Below are positions 1-10,006 of a DNA stretch of 64,000 nucleotides, one piece after another. Position 1 is the first letter of the stretch; each line of letters begins with the position of its first letter. The DNA is from a virus. Location: positions 32,001 to 96,000 of IMG/VR virus record IMGVR_UViG_3300027779_003464; one strand, given 5' to 3'. The position numbers and the translations under genes were made by a program. A model generated the notes under the pieces. It saw nothing but the letters and a program-made list of their open reading frames with translations. It was not told the DNA's origin and ran no database searches.

Positions 1-368
1 ATTACTTTGAATTTAGAGTTATTAAAGTACTTTGAACTAATATCGCTATACTTGTCAGGGTTATCTTTAATTTCAGTGGCATATTCTGAACTAATTTGCT
101 TTTTAATCGATTCCGAAGCAAGTTGAAATTTTCTTTTAAGAATATTAACCTCACTTAATATGTAATATGTTGAGGTAGCATATCCTTCTTTATAATTTAA
201 ATCTGGAAACAAATCTATGCGATGTAATTTTGAATTTATCGAATTTTGATCAAAAACGGTCTCCCCGTTAATTATGTCCCATTCTAGATTATGGCTTATT
301 ATTGCTTGAAATATAGCTCCGCCGTCTTTTGCGACAGTTTGAGATGAATATGCTTCATTTGTTATCAT
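1..368 (-). CDS. Hypothetical protein, runs off the left window edge (starts MITNEAYSSQ...)
   Basis: Manual translation: open frame from ATG at 368 to the edge; co-oriented with 381..671 and 684..938. Confidence 0.75.
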   Translation of the reverse strand, partial: MITNEAYSSQTVAKDGGAIFQAIISHNLEWDIINGETVFDQNSINSKLHRIDLFPDLNYKEGYATSTYYILSEVNILKRKFQLASESIKKQISSEYATEIKDNPDKYSDISSKYFNNSKFKV

Positions 369-380
369 ATTCAATTGGAT

Positions 381-671
381 TTACTTTTTCTTACTTTTCT
401 TCTTCTTTTCTTCTTTAGCGTCTTTAGCATCTCTAGTTTTAGTGTAATTTTTCCAAAGTTCATTATAAATGTTACATGATGCTCCTAAGAAATTAATTAT
501 TCCAACATATTTCTTCTTTTGTATACCATCCATATTCGCTACTTTTTTGCCAATTCGCTTAGCATCATTCACGCTTAATTCTTCCTTTGGTTTTTTACCA
601 ACTAGTTTCTTAAGATCTCCTTTTTTCTCAAGTAGAGAAAATTCATTAAAATTTGTAATAGCTCTATTCAT
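381..671 (-). CDS. Small basic protein with capsid-targeting-like leader (MNRAITNFNEFSLLE)
   Basis: ORF track; leader motif; Lys-rich C-terminus; downstream of a late promoter. Confidence 0.75.
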   Translation of the reverse strand: MNRAITNFNEFSLLEKKGDLKKLVGKKPKEELSVNDAKRIGKKVANMDGIQKKKYVGIINFLGASCNIYNELWKNYTKTRDAKDAKEEKKKKSKKK

Positions 672-683
672 AGTAATTTGGTT

Positions 684-938
684 TTACTTACCTACAACGT
701 TTCTCTTTTTAGCTTTCTTTAAAAAACCTTTAGTATATTTGTCTAAATTAGGAGTCCCTTTAGATTTAACTCCGCTCGCTAAATCTTGTTTAATTTTAGA
801 TGCCTTTGTAGAATCTTTTGAATCCTTGTTACCCTTAGTTGCATACTTTTTAGCTGCGCTTTTAAAAATAGACATAAATTGGTTGTAGTTCATAACAGGG
901 TTCTTTTTCTGCTTTAAAATATCATTCATTGATTTCAT
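684..938 (-). CDS. Small Lys-rich hypothetical protein, possible internal head protein
   Basis: ORF track; directly downstream of the TAAATA promoter at 951-965. Confidence 0.7.
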   Translation of the reverse strand: MKSMNDILKQKKNPVMNYNQFMSIFKSAAKKYATKGNKDSKDSTKASKIKQDLASGVKSKGTPNLDKYTKGFLKKAKKRNVVGK

Positions 939-950
939 CGTAATCCGATT

Positions 951-965
951 TTTTTATTATTTATC
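951..965 (-). promoter_or_regulatory. Late promoter-like GATAAATAATAAAAA
   Basis: Recurring motif similar to the T4 late promoter TATAAATA. Confidence 0.65.
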
Positions 966-976
966 TTTAATATTGG

Positions 977-1003
977 GAACTTTTTTAGTAAATTAGGTTT
1001 AAT
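977..1003 (+). promoter_or_regulatory. GAAC-N17-TTTAAT promoter (early/middle class) for the topoisomerase operon
   Basis: Matches the recurring RAAC-N17-TATAAT pattern. Confidence 0.5.
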
Positions 1004-1045
1004 AATTCATTAAATAAAGTTATATTAAGTAAAAATTGACTAAGT

Positions 1046-2911
1046 ATGGCAGATAAGAGAATAGAGAAGAAATATAGAAAGCTTACTGATATAGAGCATG
1101 TTCTGCATCGTCCTTCTATGTATATTGGATCAATAAAGCCACATAGTGGGTTTCAATATATGTATGACGGTGAGAATATCTCATATGAGAATATAACATA
1201 TAACCCTGGATTTTTAAAATTATTCGATGAAATACTATCTAATTCAATAGATGAGCATAGGAGATCTAATAAGTTAAATAAAATCGATATCACAATAAAC
1301 TTAGATGAAAATTCAATAACAGTCAGGGATAATGGTGGAATACCTGTTACCAAACACCCAGTACATAAAGAATGGATACCAGAGATGATATTCTCCAATC
1401 TTAAAGCAGGATCTAATTTTAATGATGAAGAAGATAGAATAGTATCAGGTACAAATGGAGTGGGATCAACCCTCACTAATATATTTAGTAATAAATTTAT
1501 AATATCTACATGTGACGGCAAAAATAAATTTGTGCAGACATATAAAGATAACATGCATAAAAGAAGTAAAGCTTCGGTTAGCCCAGCTAAAATAGGATTC
1601 ACCGAAGTTAAGTTTATACCGGACTTAGAAAGATTTGGAATGAAAGCGATAGGCGAATCTAGTGTAAAATTGATATACAAAAGATGTATAGATGCAGTCG
1701 CATGTAACACTAAGCTTGCACTAACATTCAATACCATTCAAAATAAAATAAAAGTTAGTGATAGAATAAAATACTCTTCATTTAAAGATTACGTTTCTTT
1801 ATATTCTGATGAATTTTACTATGAGGATTCTAAAGATTGGAAAATTGCTTTTTCGTATTCTAAAGATGGATATAAAAACGTTAGTTTTGTAAATTCAGTA
1901 CATACTAAGGATGGAGGTACCCATGTTGAATATATTACCTCTCAATTAGTTAATCATTTACGAGTAATGATAAAGAAAAAGCATAAAGTAGATGCTAGGC
2001 CCAGTGAAATAAAAAATCACCTATGTGTTTATATTGATTCAACAATAGTAAATTCTTTATTTAGTTCTCAAACAAAAGAAAAGCTTATCACTGAGGCTAG
2101 AGATTTTAATACGGATCACGAAGTATCTTTAAAAATAGCTAAAAAAATATTTTCCTCTGAAATAATTGAGTCTCTTCTTGATTGGATTGAGAAAAAACAG
2201 TTAGCTTCTGAAAGAGCAGAGCTTAGGAAGCTTAATAAATCTTTAAGTAGAGGAAGGATATCTAAGTTAATTGATGCTCAATCTAAATCTAATAGAGAAA
2301 ATTGTGTTCTTGGAATATATGAAGGCATGTCCGCTTTATCCGCAGTTAGAAAGTTTAGAAATACACAAATGATGGGAGCATATCCTCTAAAGGGAAAATT
2401 TATAAATGTACATGAACTTCCTAATTCAAAGGTTATTAAAAATGAAGAAGTAAAGGGATTAATGGGATCTATCGGATTAAAATTAGGGGAAGAACCTAAA
2501 AATCTAAGGTATGGTAAAATATACATATATACTGATGCAGATCCTGATGGAAATTCAATAGCAGCTCAACTAATAAACTTTTTTGCAAAATATTGGCCAG
2601 AATTATTTGAACTTGGTATAATACATAAAGTTATGACTCCTCTCGTTGTAGCCAAAAAGGGTAAAATCGCCATCGACTTCTATACTAATAAAGAATTTGA
2701 AGATTGGTGCAACAAAGGTAGTGTAAATATTAATACTTGGAATATTGAATATAAAAAAGGATTAGCTGCACTAGAAGATGATGAATATAGAGAAATAATA
2801 GTAAATCCTAATACATTAAAAGTAAATTTAGATAAAGAATCAAAAAATTCTTTAGAATCTTGGTTTGGAAAAGACTCTCAACCTAGAAAAGATAGATTAT
2901 TGAAACAATGA
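1046..2911 (+). CDS. gp39: DNA topoisomerase II large subunit (GHKL ATPase + TOPRIM, unsplit gp39/gp60-like)
   Basis: EHVLHRPSMYIGS, DEILSNSIDE, DNGGIP, GTNGVG, YEGMSA, PLKGK and TDADPDG motifs. Confidence 0.95.
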   Translation: MADKRIEKKYRKLTDIEHVLHRPSMYIGSIKPHSGFQYMYDGENISYENITYNPGFLKLFDEILSNSIDEHRRSNKLNKIDITINLDENSITVRDNGGIPVTKHPVHKEWIPEMIFSNLKAGSNFNDEEDRIVSGTNGVGSTLTNIFSNKFIISTCDGKNKFVQTYKDNMHKRSKASVSPAKIGFTEVKFIPDLERFGMKAIGESSVKLIYKRCIDAVACNTKLALTFNTIQNKIKVSDRIKYSSFKDYVSLYSDEFYYEDSKDWKIAFSYSKDGYKNVSFVNSVHTKDGGTHVEYITSQLVNHLRVMIKKKHKVDARPSEIKNHLCVYIDSTIVNSLFSSQTKEKLITEARDFNTDHEVSLKIAKKIFSSEIIESLLDWIEKKQLASERAELRKLNKSLSRGRISKLIDAQSKSNRENCVLGIYEGMSALSAVRKFRNTQMMGAYPLKGKFINVHELPNSKVIKNEEVKGLMGSIGLKLGEEPKNLRYGKIYIYTDADPDGNSIAAQLINFFAKYWPELFELGIIHKVMTPLVVAKKGKIAIDFYTNKEFEDWCNKGSVNINTWNIEYKKGLAALEDDEYREIIVNPNTLKVNLDKESKNSLESWFGKDSQPRKDRLLKQ

Positions 2912-3267
2912 AAGTAATAATAGCAGGAAGTAGGAACTTTAATAATTATGACAAGCTAAAGAAGTCATGTGATCATCTTTTATCTAATAATAAAGATACT
3001 GAGATAGAAGTAATCAGTGGCACTGCAGAGGGGGCCGATTCTTTAGGAGAATATTATGCATCTGAGAATGGATACAATTTAAAGCAATTTCCGGCTGAAT
3101 GGGATAAGTATGGTAAGGGTGCAGGATTTAGAAGAAATGTAATAATGGCAAAATACTCAGAATGTCTTATTGCCTTTTGGGATGGGAAGAGTAGAGGAAC
3201 AAAGCACATGATTAATACAGCTAAAAAACACGGGTTAGTAATTAAAATTATCAAAACAGATGAGTAA
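2908..3267 (+). CDS. SLOG-family (DUF2493/YspA-like) nucleotide-binding protein
   Basis: IIAGSRNF, ISGTAEGAD, AGFRRN and AFWDGKSRGTKHMI motifs. Confidence 0.85.
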   Translation: MKVIIAGSRNFNNYDKLKKSCDHLLSNNKDTEIEVISGTAEGADSLGEYYASENGYNLKQFPAEWDKYGKGAGFRRNVIMAKYSECLIAFWDGKSRGTKHMINTAKKHGLVIKIIKTDE

Positions 3268-4627
3268 AGAAATAACAATAAGCGAATATTTAGATACTGA
3301 CTATCGTGAGTATGCTAGATATGTGGTTGAAAATAGAGCAATCCCCTCCGTTATAGATGGATTAAAGCCTACTCAAAGAAAGGTAATATACATAGCAGAT
3401 AAAGTATGGAAGACTGGCAAGGAAAAACCATATAAGATATTTCAATTGACGGGTAGAATTGCAGCAGATGCACATTACCATCACGGTGACTCTAGTTTAA
3501 ACTCTTCAATAATAGGTATGGCTCAAAAATTTAAAAATTCAATGCCGCTACTGGAAGAAATTGGACAGTTTGGGTCATTACGTTCCCCTGTTGCAGGGGC
3601 TCCTAGATATATTTCTACTAAATTACATTCTAATTTTAGATTATTATATAAGGACTTTGAATTACTATCTCCTAGGATGGAAGAGGGAGCCCAGATTGAA
3701 CCCGAATACTTTCTGCCAATAATACCTACTGTTCTATTAAACGGGAGCTCAGGGATTGCCGTAGGGTTTGCTACCAATATACTAAATAGAAATCCATTAG
3801 ACCTAATAAATGCGTGTCTTAAAGAATTAGAGGGAAAAGGATATCAAGATCCTGCCCCGTGGGTAAATGGATTTAGGGGAGAATGCGTAAAGAATCCAGA
3901 ATCAGTTAATTCTTGGATATTTAAAGGAATTCATGAAGTAAAAAACATGTCTACTGTAGATATATTAGAAGTTCCACCCTCAGTTACATATGAAAAATAT
4001 GATAACTGTCTTAATCTACTAGAAGATTCTAAATCGATAACATCATATGATAATAATTGTAAATCAGATATAAACTATACTCTTAAGTTTACAAGATCCA
4101 ATCTTAGTAATCTTATAGAAAATAATAGGCTAACTAGAGTATTAAAGCTAGAGGAAAAACAAACAGAAAACTTTACGGTTCTTGATGAGAATGGAAAGTT
4201 AAAGATTTTCAATAACTGTAAGGAAATTATATCTTATTTTGTAAAATTTAGGCTAAGCTTCTATGAAAAAAGAAAAAGATATATTATTGATAAACTATCT
4301 AAGGAATTACTATTTTTATCAAATAAAGCTAGATTTATAAAGGATATCATTTCTGGAAAATTAAAAGTTAATAATGTTCTTAGACAAACCATTATATTAT
4401 ATCTAGGATCAAATAAGTATAATTCAATAGATGATTCATATAATTATCTATTGAATATGGCAATACATACTCTTACTAAAGAAAAGTATGAAGAATTACT
4501 AAATCAAGTTTCTAATAAAAAAGAAGAACTTGAAGAAATAAAAAAGATTAAACCAATTGATATGTATAAAACTGATCTAAGTGATTTAAAGAAAGTACTA
4601 TCAAAGGACCCTAGTTATAAAGTATAA
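3260..4627 (+). CDS. gp52: DNA topoisomerase II medium subunit (breakage-reunion)
   Basis: RAIPSVIDGLKPTQRK, YHHGDSS, catalytic APRYI, LLNGSSGIAVGFATNI. Confidence 0.95.
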   Translation: MSKEITISEYLDTDYREYARYVVENRAIPSVIDGLKPTQRKVIYIADKVWKTGKEKPYKIFQLTGRIAADAHYHHGDSSLNSSIIGMAQKFKNSMPLLEEIGQFGSLRSPVAGAPRYISTKLHSNFRLLYKDFELLSPRMEEGAQIEPEYFLPIIPTVLLNGSSGIAVGFATNILNRNPLDLINACLKELEGKGYQDPAPWVNGFRGECVKNPESVNSWIFKGIHEVKNMSTVDILEVPPSVTYEKYDNCLNLLEDSKSITSYDNNCKSDINYTLKFTRSNLSNLIENNRLTRVLKLEEKQTENFTVLDENGKLKIFNNCKEIISYFVKFRLSFYEKRKRYIIDKLSKELLFLSNKARFIKDIISGKLKVNNVLRQTIILYLGSNKYNSIDDSYNYLLNMAIHTLTKEKYEELLNQVSNKKEELEEIKKIKPIDMYKTDLSDLKKVLSKDPSYKV

Positions 4628-4645
4628 TCTATTAAATATTGAAAT

Positions 4646-4996
4646 ATGAAATTAAAATTAGATAATATAGGTGGAAGCATTATTAAAGATAATGATACCT
4701 ACACCCTCACGGACAATAACTTCCTTAGCAATTTAACACTATCTCAAACATATTTAAAGCCCGGAATGGCAACACGGGGGCATTCTCATGATAATCAAGA
4801 AGAGGTTTATACCTTTACTAGAGGATACGGAACCATGGTTATCGGAGAAGTTGAGCACGATGCAATACCAGGAGATACTTTTTTAATTAAAGCTGGAAAC
4901 TTTCATCGTGTAATCAATAAATCAAATCAACAACCGTGTGTTTTTACATGTGTGTTTGAAAAGTATGATAGAAATAGCGATGTTGCTAAATATTAA
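4646..4996 (+). CDS. Cupin-domain protein (sugar-phosphate isomerase-like)
   Basis: Cupin motifs GHSHDNQEEVY and PGDTFLIKAGNFHRVIN. Confidence 0.85.
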   Translation: MKLKLDNIGGSIIKDNDTYTLTDNNFLSNLTLSQTYLKPGMATRGHSHDNQEEVYTFTRGYGTMVIGEVEHDAIPGDTFLIKAGNFHRVINKSNQQPCVFTCVFEKYDRNSDVAKY

Positions 4997-5027
4997 TTAA
5001 TATATAAACCATTTAAATCAGAATAAA

Positions 5028-5207
5028 ATGAAAGAATTCGATGAACTAATAGATCTTTTATCCTGGGCATACGTCCAAGGATACAAACACGCGTCCGACG
5101 TAGTTGCTCAAACTGTTCCTAAATCAGATAAACTAAAGGACATGTTTACCAAAATGATGAAGGATAAACAAGAAAAAGAAAAGAACCCTCCCTTAAAAAA
5201 AGAATAA
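5028..5207 (+). CDS. Small hypothetical protein, 59 aa (MKEFDELIDLLSWAYVQGYKHAS...), below the ORF-track cutoff
   Basis: Manual translation; A-rich start context; fills the gap before the terminator. Confidence 0.65.
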   Translation: MKEFDELIDLLSWAYVQGYKHASDVVAQTVPKSDKLKDMFTKMMKDKQEKEKNPPLKKE

Positions 5208-5235
5208 AAAAAAGGGAGTCTTTCGACTCCCTTCT
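5206..5235 (-). terminator. Rho-independent terminator of the major capsid gene (probably bidirectional)
   Basis: On the minus strand: AAGGGAGTC-GAAA-GACTCCCTT followed by a T run; lies between convergent genes. Confidence 0.9.
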
Positions 5236-5267
5236 TAAGATGATACTTGCGTATCGTACTGTTACAA

Positions 5268-6929
5268 TTATGCAATTGCAGCAGAACCCGTAAGAACGTC
5301 TGTTCCACCAACAATGTTCATCATACAGTATTGCGTTTCTGGATGCCATCCTGCTTCAGTAATCGCGTATCTTGATTTCATACCGATTTTTGGAGAGAAT
5401 GTACCTTCAGCAATAGTCTGTAATGACTCAGCCATTATATAAGGCATAAACTTAACACCTGGCTCTTCATCAGCTCCTTTTCTACCGATACAAATTCTTT
5501 CATCACCGAACGATAAGTTAGGATCAACATAAACTTGTACACCGTAGACTTTACCAGCTGGGTAAAGATTACCTGCAACTCCAGCCATATCAGTTGGTAC
5601 ACTCGCAATTGAGTAACCAGCAACATCAGCCATCGCAGAAGCAACTTTACCATTAGTAACCATAAATGTTCCAGCTCCGAATCTACCTCTATGGTAAATC
5701 AAGTTAGCTAGTTCAAGAACTTTAGTTACTAATCTTCTTTGCAAAGTAGAAACGTTTTCGAAACCAACACCACCAGTAGTTAGGTTAAGTGTTGCGACGT
5801 TAGCGCCCTCAACAGCTGCAACTTCAGTAGCGTGAACAGCACCTAAATTAAAGATGTTGTCTACTAACCTCTTGTTGATTGATTGAGCTAAATCGTTAAC
5901 TGCAACGTTTTCTAACATAGAAACAACGTCATAGTTCCAAACTCTATTCAAGTCTTGGATTTGCTCAACAGTAGCTGAGATAGCAACTTGGTCAGTTTCA
6001 GCCTCGATGAATTTAGTGAACATTCTAAGACCCATGTTTCTGAATCTAGAAGACTCACTAGCCTCTCTTGACATTGAACCTGCAACATTACCAGTTCCAG
6101 GTAAATAAGGACCAGAGAAATTACCAGCCGGAGCTTGGTCATAATCTGCATCACTTACTCCTGAGAAACCAGAAATGTGGTTTTCAAGTGCTGAGACGAG
6201 CTGAACCATAGCTGCAGTAGTAGCAACCGGTACGGTTACGTTAGCTGCACCTCCAACACCGTCCAGAGTAGCACCTGCCGCAATATCTGCAGCAACTGTA
6301 TCTGTACCGGTAGGGCCAGTCATCACTTTAAGGATAGCGTGACCGTCCACACGTGAGAATCCTACAAGATCATAAGTACCAGTAACTGCTGCTGAGAATG
6401 TTACATTTGACCCTGGAGTCAAAGTACCACCTGCAAGACCAGCTTCTGTTATGCCTTGTAATTTTATCATGTACGGTTCAGTCTCATTATCTGTTTTACC
6501 ACCTGTATATAGGTAGTCTAAATATGGAAGAAATCCTACTGGAGAATCCATAGGTACAACTGGAACTAGGTCGAAACCAATAGTTTTAGCTGCCACCTGA
6601 ATCGCAACCGGTAAAAGTGATGGAAATTTATCACCTGAACCAGTACCTGCGCTAGTATAAGAACCTTTTGCACCAGCTGCAAACGGAGTATCCGTTGCTG
6701 GAACACCAGCTCCCATTCCAGGAACTGCAGGGGGCGTCTGTAGAAATTGACCTGGTCCTGTGTATTGCTCAAATAACGGAGCGCTATTATCAAAAATAGC
6801 GTGGTTATGTGCATACTCAGCTAACCATGGTGTCTTTTCCATGTCTGCGCCGTGAGATTCTAAAATAGGCTTCCACGTTTTGTTCAAACTGTTATCATTT
6901 GAACGTTTAAAAATTTTTGTACGTGCCAT
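5268..6929 (-). CDS. gp23: Major capsid protein (T4 gp23-like)
   Basis: DLVPVVPMDSPVG, ATVEQIQDL, INKRLV, RGRFGAGTFMVTN, VYVDP, FMPY, FSPKIGMKSRYA; strong terminator; downstream of the protease. Confidence 0.92.
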   Translation of the reverse strand: MARTKIFKRSNDNSLNKTWKPILESHGADMEKTPWLAEYAHNHAIFDNSAPLFEQYTGPGQFLQTPPAVPGMGAGVPATDTPFAAGAKGSYTSAGTGSGDKFPSLLPVAIQVAAKTIGFDLVPVVPMDSPVGFLPYLDYLYTGGKTDNETEPYMIKLQGITEAGLAGGTLTPGSNVTFSAAVTGTYDLVGFSRVDGHAILKVMTGPTGTDTVAADIAAGATLDGVGGAANVTVPVATTAAMVQLVSALENHISGFSGVSDADYDQAPAGNFSGPYLPGTGNVAGSMSREASESSRFRNMGLRMFTKFIEAETDQVAISATVEQIQDLNRVWNYDVVSMLENVAVNDLAQSINKRLVDNIFNLGAVHATEVAAVEGANVATLNLTTGGVGFENVSTLQRRLVTKVLELANLIYHRGRFGAGTFMVTNGKVASAMADVAGYSIASVPTDMAGVAGNLYPAGKVYGVQVYVDPNLSFGDERICIGRKGADEEPGVKFMPYIMAESLQTIAEGTFSPKIGMKSRYAITEAGWHPETQYCMMNIVGGTDVLTGSAAIA

Positions 6930-6953
6930 TTTAAAAATGATTTTTTTTAGTTT

Positions 6954-8939
6954 TTACTTTCGATAGTCTGCTTCTCTAAGCATTCTGTCTAGGTAGTTTG
7001 AGGTATAACCTCTTGCATTCTCAACTACCCTTTCAATGGGCATCATACCTTCTGTACTTTGGCTTTCGTTAAGATTTTGCAATTTCTTATTATTTTTTCC
7101 TTGTTCAATTCTTTCTACTATTCCGTTTAAGTTTTGCTCATCCCAAAATGTTTTAACTTGGTATGGAGTATTTAAAGTATATAATTGAGATTTAGAATAG
7201 ATGTGATTTTTCTCTGATTCATCCATTTTACTCCAAGTATTCTTATACTCATCTGGCATAAACTTAATCATTACAGGAATATCTTTAGTAGTTTCAGTAT
7301 ATACTGATTCCATTATAGAAATAACATCAGTTTCGTTAAACCAAACTGAAGCTCCTAGTGTTTCAACAATTGATTGTTTAATTCCTTTATCTAGTGCGTA
7401 AAATTTATCTTTATTAGCATCGCCTAATACCTTTAAGAAAGGATATTTTGCTTCTAATACTGCTTTAGAAGAATCTGAAGTAACCTCAGCAATAACTTCA
7501 TCAACTTTTTCAACTAAGCTATCGATAGTTGCACTTTCATTTAATTTAGCAACACTTCCTAATACATTTCTTTTTGTCGGAACAGCAGCTCCTTCGTTAA
7601 GTTGCTCTGCTATATATTCAGCATATCCTATTCCTTGAGCGGATTTTTCTCCAATGTATTGAGAGTATTGTCTATTAGCGTTAACGTTCTCTGCTAAATA
7701 ATTAGCAAATTCATTAGTATTATTAGATCCTTCAGCAACATATTCAGTATATTGAATTCCCTTATCAACTTCTTCAGCTAAATAGTTTTGATAATTAATA
7801 GAGTTATTTAAATTCTCTTTAATATATTCAGTATAATTAATAGTTTCATTTAATTTTTCAGCTACATGATCTTGATGGCCGATGCTAGTATCTAACTTTT
7901 CTCCTAAATAAGAACTATAATCAATAGCCTTATTTGTAGTTTCAGCAACGTGCTCTGTATAGTTAACTGATTTGTTAACCATTTCTTGCAAATAATCAGA
8001 GTAATTAATTACTCCTTCTAGATGCTCAGCTAAATAATTAACAAAGTTAACCAATTTAGGCATATCTACCGTTGAATTACTTTGATCTGATTCAAATGTA
8101 GCTTTCTGATTTTTTAATTCGCCTTTAATAGCGTTAATCTGATCCTTAACTAAGTTAGAATACTTATTCATTGACTCAGAGGTTACAAATTTGTTATTAT
8201 CACCCATCGTTTTTCTATTTTTTTGAGGTTCGATAGAATCTTCAAAAACCGATTCTATAGTATTATTTATTCTATAGATTTTGAAATTATTAGAATATTC
8301 TAAGCTCTCAGAAATTTCTTCTAATCCATTTTGCTTAACAAAGGAATTACTCTTTAAAGAGTCATAACTTTCAGTCAACATTTTAAAATCATTTTGTAAA
8401 GATTCATTAGTTACTTTATTCAAAATAGCTTCAGTAAAACCAGGTTCACCTACTAAATCATAAGTAAATATTCTTTGAAGTTTAACTTTTCCTTCATTCA
8501 TAACTTGACCGGCTGCTCTAGATGAAATGGATAAGTTTACTCCTCCGTTTAATAAAGCTTTCGCGATTTTACCATTGGGTGTATCCTCTAATATTCTTAA
8601 TTTTATATTAACCTTAGTGTCTCCGTCATACTCTAGTTCTTCAATGATATGAGAAGCACTTTTTAATGTAACGTCAAAGTGAGGTGGATGATCTAAATCT
8701 CCAACTAATTGTCGCTTTTCTATCTTTTCTTTTAAGTAAGTTAAGTGAGGTAGATATTCGTCTTTTTCGTAGACTCGATTATTATTATTCTTCGATCCAA
8801 ATACAGCGCAAACCCCTTCTAATATTGTGTTATTAGGTTGATTAGATTTTACACTTAAATCTTCTCCTACGTTTTCAACGATTAATACGTAATCCTCATT
8901 CTTTTTTAAATTACCAGCATTTACTGAACGTGTATTCAA
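6954..8939 (-). CDS. gp21: Prohead protease (gp21-like) fused to a long scaffold/core region; TTG start
   Basis: LEGVCAVFGSKNNNNRVY, GDLDHP, SHII, TPNGKIAKALL, ISSRAAG, TYDLVGEPGF; C-terminal 14-aa repeats. Confidence 0.9.
   Translation of the reverse strand: MNTRSVNAGNLKKNEDYVLIVENVGEDLSVKSNQPNNTILEGVCAVFGSKNNNNRVYEKDEYLPHLTYLKEKIEKRQLVGDLDHPPHFDVTLKSASHIIEELEYDGDTKVNIKLRILEDTPNGKIAKALLNGGVNLSISSRAAGQVMNEGKVKLQRIFTYDLVGEPGFTEAILNKVTNESLQNDFKMLTESYDSLKSNSFVKQNGLEEISESLEYSNNFKIYRINNTIESVFEDSIEPQKNRKTMGDNNKFVTSESMNKYSNLVKDQINAIKGELKNQKATFESDQSNSTVDMPKLVNFVNYLAEHLEGVINYSDYLQEMVNKSVNYTEHVAETTNKAIDYSSYLGEKLDTSIGHQDHVAEKLNETINYTEYIKENLNNSINYQNYLAEEVDKGIQYTEYVAEGSNNTNEFANYLAENVNANRQYSQYIGEKSAQGIGYAEYIAEQLNEGAAVPTKRNVLGSVAKLNESATIDSLVEKVDEVIAEVTSDSSKAVLEAKYPFLKVLGDANKDKFYALDKGIKQSIVETLGASVWFNETDVISIMESVYTETTKDIPVMIKFMPDEYKNTWSKMDESEKNHIYSKSQLYTLNTPYQVKTFWDEQNLNGIVERIEQGKNNKKLQNLNESQSTEGMMPIERVVENARGYTSNYLDRMLREADYRK
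7590..8048 (-). repeat. 11 tandem 14-aa repeats [YFH]xx[YH][LIV]xE-x7 in the protease-scaffold protein
   Basis: FVNYLAEHLEGVIN / YSDYLQEMVNKSVN / YTEHVAETTNKAID / ... / YAEYIAEQLNEG; boundaries approximate. Confidence 0.9.
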
Positions 8940-8951
8940 AAGTCTATAATT

Positions 8952-8966
8952 TTTTTATTATTTATA
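8952..8966 (-). promoter_or_regulatory. Late promoter TATAAATAATAAAAA for the protease-capsid operon
   Basis: Exact T4 late consensus TATAAATA just upstream of the gp21-like gene. Confidence 0.8.
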
Positions 8967-8991
8967 TTAGACTTGTTAAAAAAAAATGAAA

Positions 8992-9945
8992 TTATTTATT
9001 ATAATATGACATTAAGTGATTCTTAAGCTGCTTTAAATTCGATTTGCTTAACTTAGATAAATCGGGAGACTCTATATCGAAGGTGACAATGTACTTTCCA
9101 AGTTCTCCATCCTTTGATTTTATTCCTTCTCCTGGAATGTTAAAGCTTAATCCGTTAATTAGCTCAGGTGAATTTATTTCAGCATTGTATGACTTATTAA
9201 ATATAGTATCAACTAATATCCCCTCTTCTTTAAATATGACTTTATATAGCGGAATCTTTACATTATGTATAATATTTCCACAGTCAATTGATATATCATC
9301 AGGAACATTTATATCTATTTTTATATTTAAGTTCCCACATAGGTGCTCAATCTCACTTTGTCCCCATACATTTAATCTAGATATAATATCCTCATTTCCC
9401 ATCCCGTCAATTTTAAGACTTAGCTGAAAACCTGAATCCGTTTCTACTAGATTCATATACTTTTTCCTTAAATTAATCTTTACAATGATATTTTTATCTT
9501 CCCTTTCTTTACTGTTTATCTCTTTTGAAATATATCTCTCAAAGGATACTTCAATATTTGCTCCTTTGGCTAACTCTGTAAATTCCGCGCTAACTCTCAT
9601 AGATATATCCAAATACTCACTTTGTCTTCTTCTAGATTTAGTATATGATTTTTCAAAGGGAGCATCCTTAAATGATGAATTTGAAAAATCATTAACCCAA
9701 TCATCAAAATTCATTCCTCCTCCTCCTCGGGTTCTTCTTCTAGGCTGAGGTGTGTCATATTGCTGTCGCTTCTTTGGATCTCCTAAAATAGAGTAAGCTT
9801 CAGCTATTTCCTTAAATTTAGCCTCTGCGTCCGACGAATTATTTTTATCTGGATGGTATTTTAAAGCAAGCTGCCTATACGCCTTCTTTATGTCAGATTC
9901 TGGCGCATTTTTTGGCACTCCTAATATTTTATAATAATCTGTCAT
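8992..9945 (-). CDS. dnaJ: DnaJ-family co-chaperone (J domain + C-terminal domain, no zinc finger)
   Basis: [46 protein letters not shown]. Confidence 0.92.
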   Translation of the reverse strand: MTDYYKILGVPKNAPESDIKKAYRQLALKYHPDKNNSSDAEAKFKEIAEAYSILGDPKKRQQYDTPQPRRRTRGGGGMNFDDWVNDFSNSSFKDAPFEKSYTKSRRRQSEYLDISMRVSAEFTELAKGANIEVSFERYISKEINSKEREDKNIIVKINLRKKYMNLVETDSGFQLSLKIDGMGNEDIISRLNVWGQSEIEHLCGNLNIKIDINVPDDISIDCGNIIHNVKIPLYKVIFKEEGILVDTIFNKSYNAEINSPELINGLSFNIPGEGIKSKDGELGKYIVTFDIESPDLSKLSKSNLKQLKNHLMSYYNK

Positions 9946-9951
9946 TTAAAT

Positions 9952-9978
9952 AAACTTGCTTATACTATATTGTATAAG
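9952..9978 (+). promoter_or_regulatory. AAAC-N17-TATAAG promoter for the glycosylation locus
   Basis: Recurring RAAC-N17-TATAAT pattern. Confidence 0.6.
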
Positions 9979-9995
9979 ATAATACAAATAAGTTT
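9969..9995 (-). promoter_or_regulatory. AAAC-N17-TACAAT promoter for dnaJ, overlapping the divergent promoter
   Basis: Recurring pattern on the minus strand. Confidence 0.55.
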
Positions 9996-10006
9996 TATTA
10001 TTATAT

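Noticed and set aside
469-888. 139-aa hydrophobic plus-strand ORF that looks like a membrane protein
   Set aside because: Antisense shadow of two Lys-rich minus-strand genes (AAA reads as TTT/Phe); the late promoter supports the minus strand.
1153-3777. Antisense ORFs within the topoisomerase operon (1153..1737, 2278..2526, 3054..3278, 3523..3777)
   Set aside because: Shadows of well-supported genes; no motifs.
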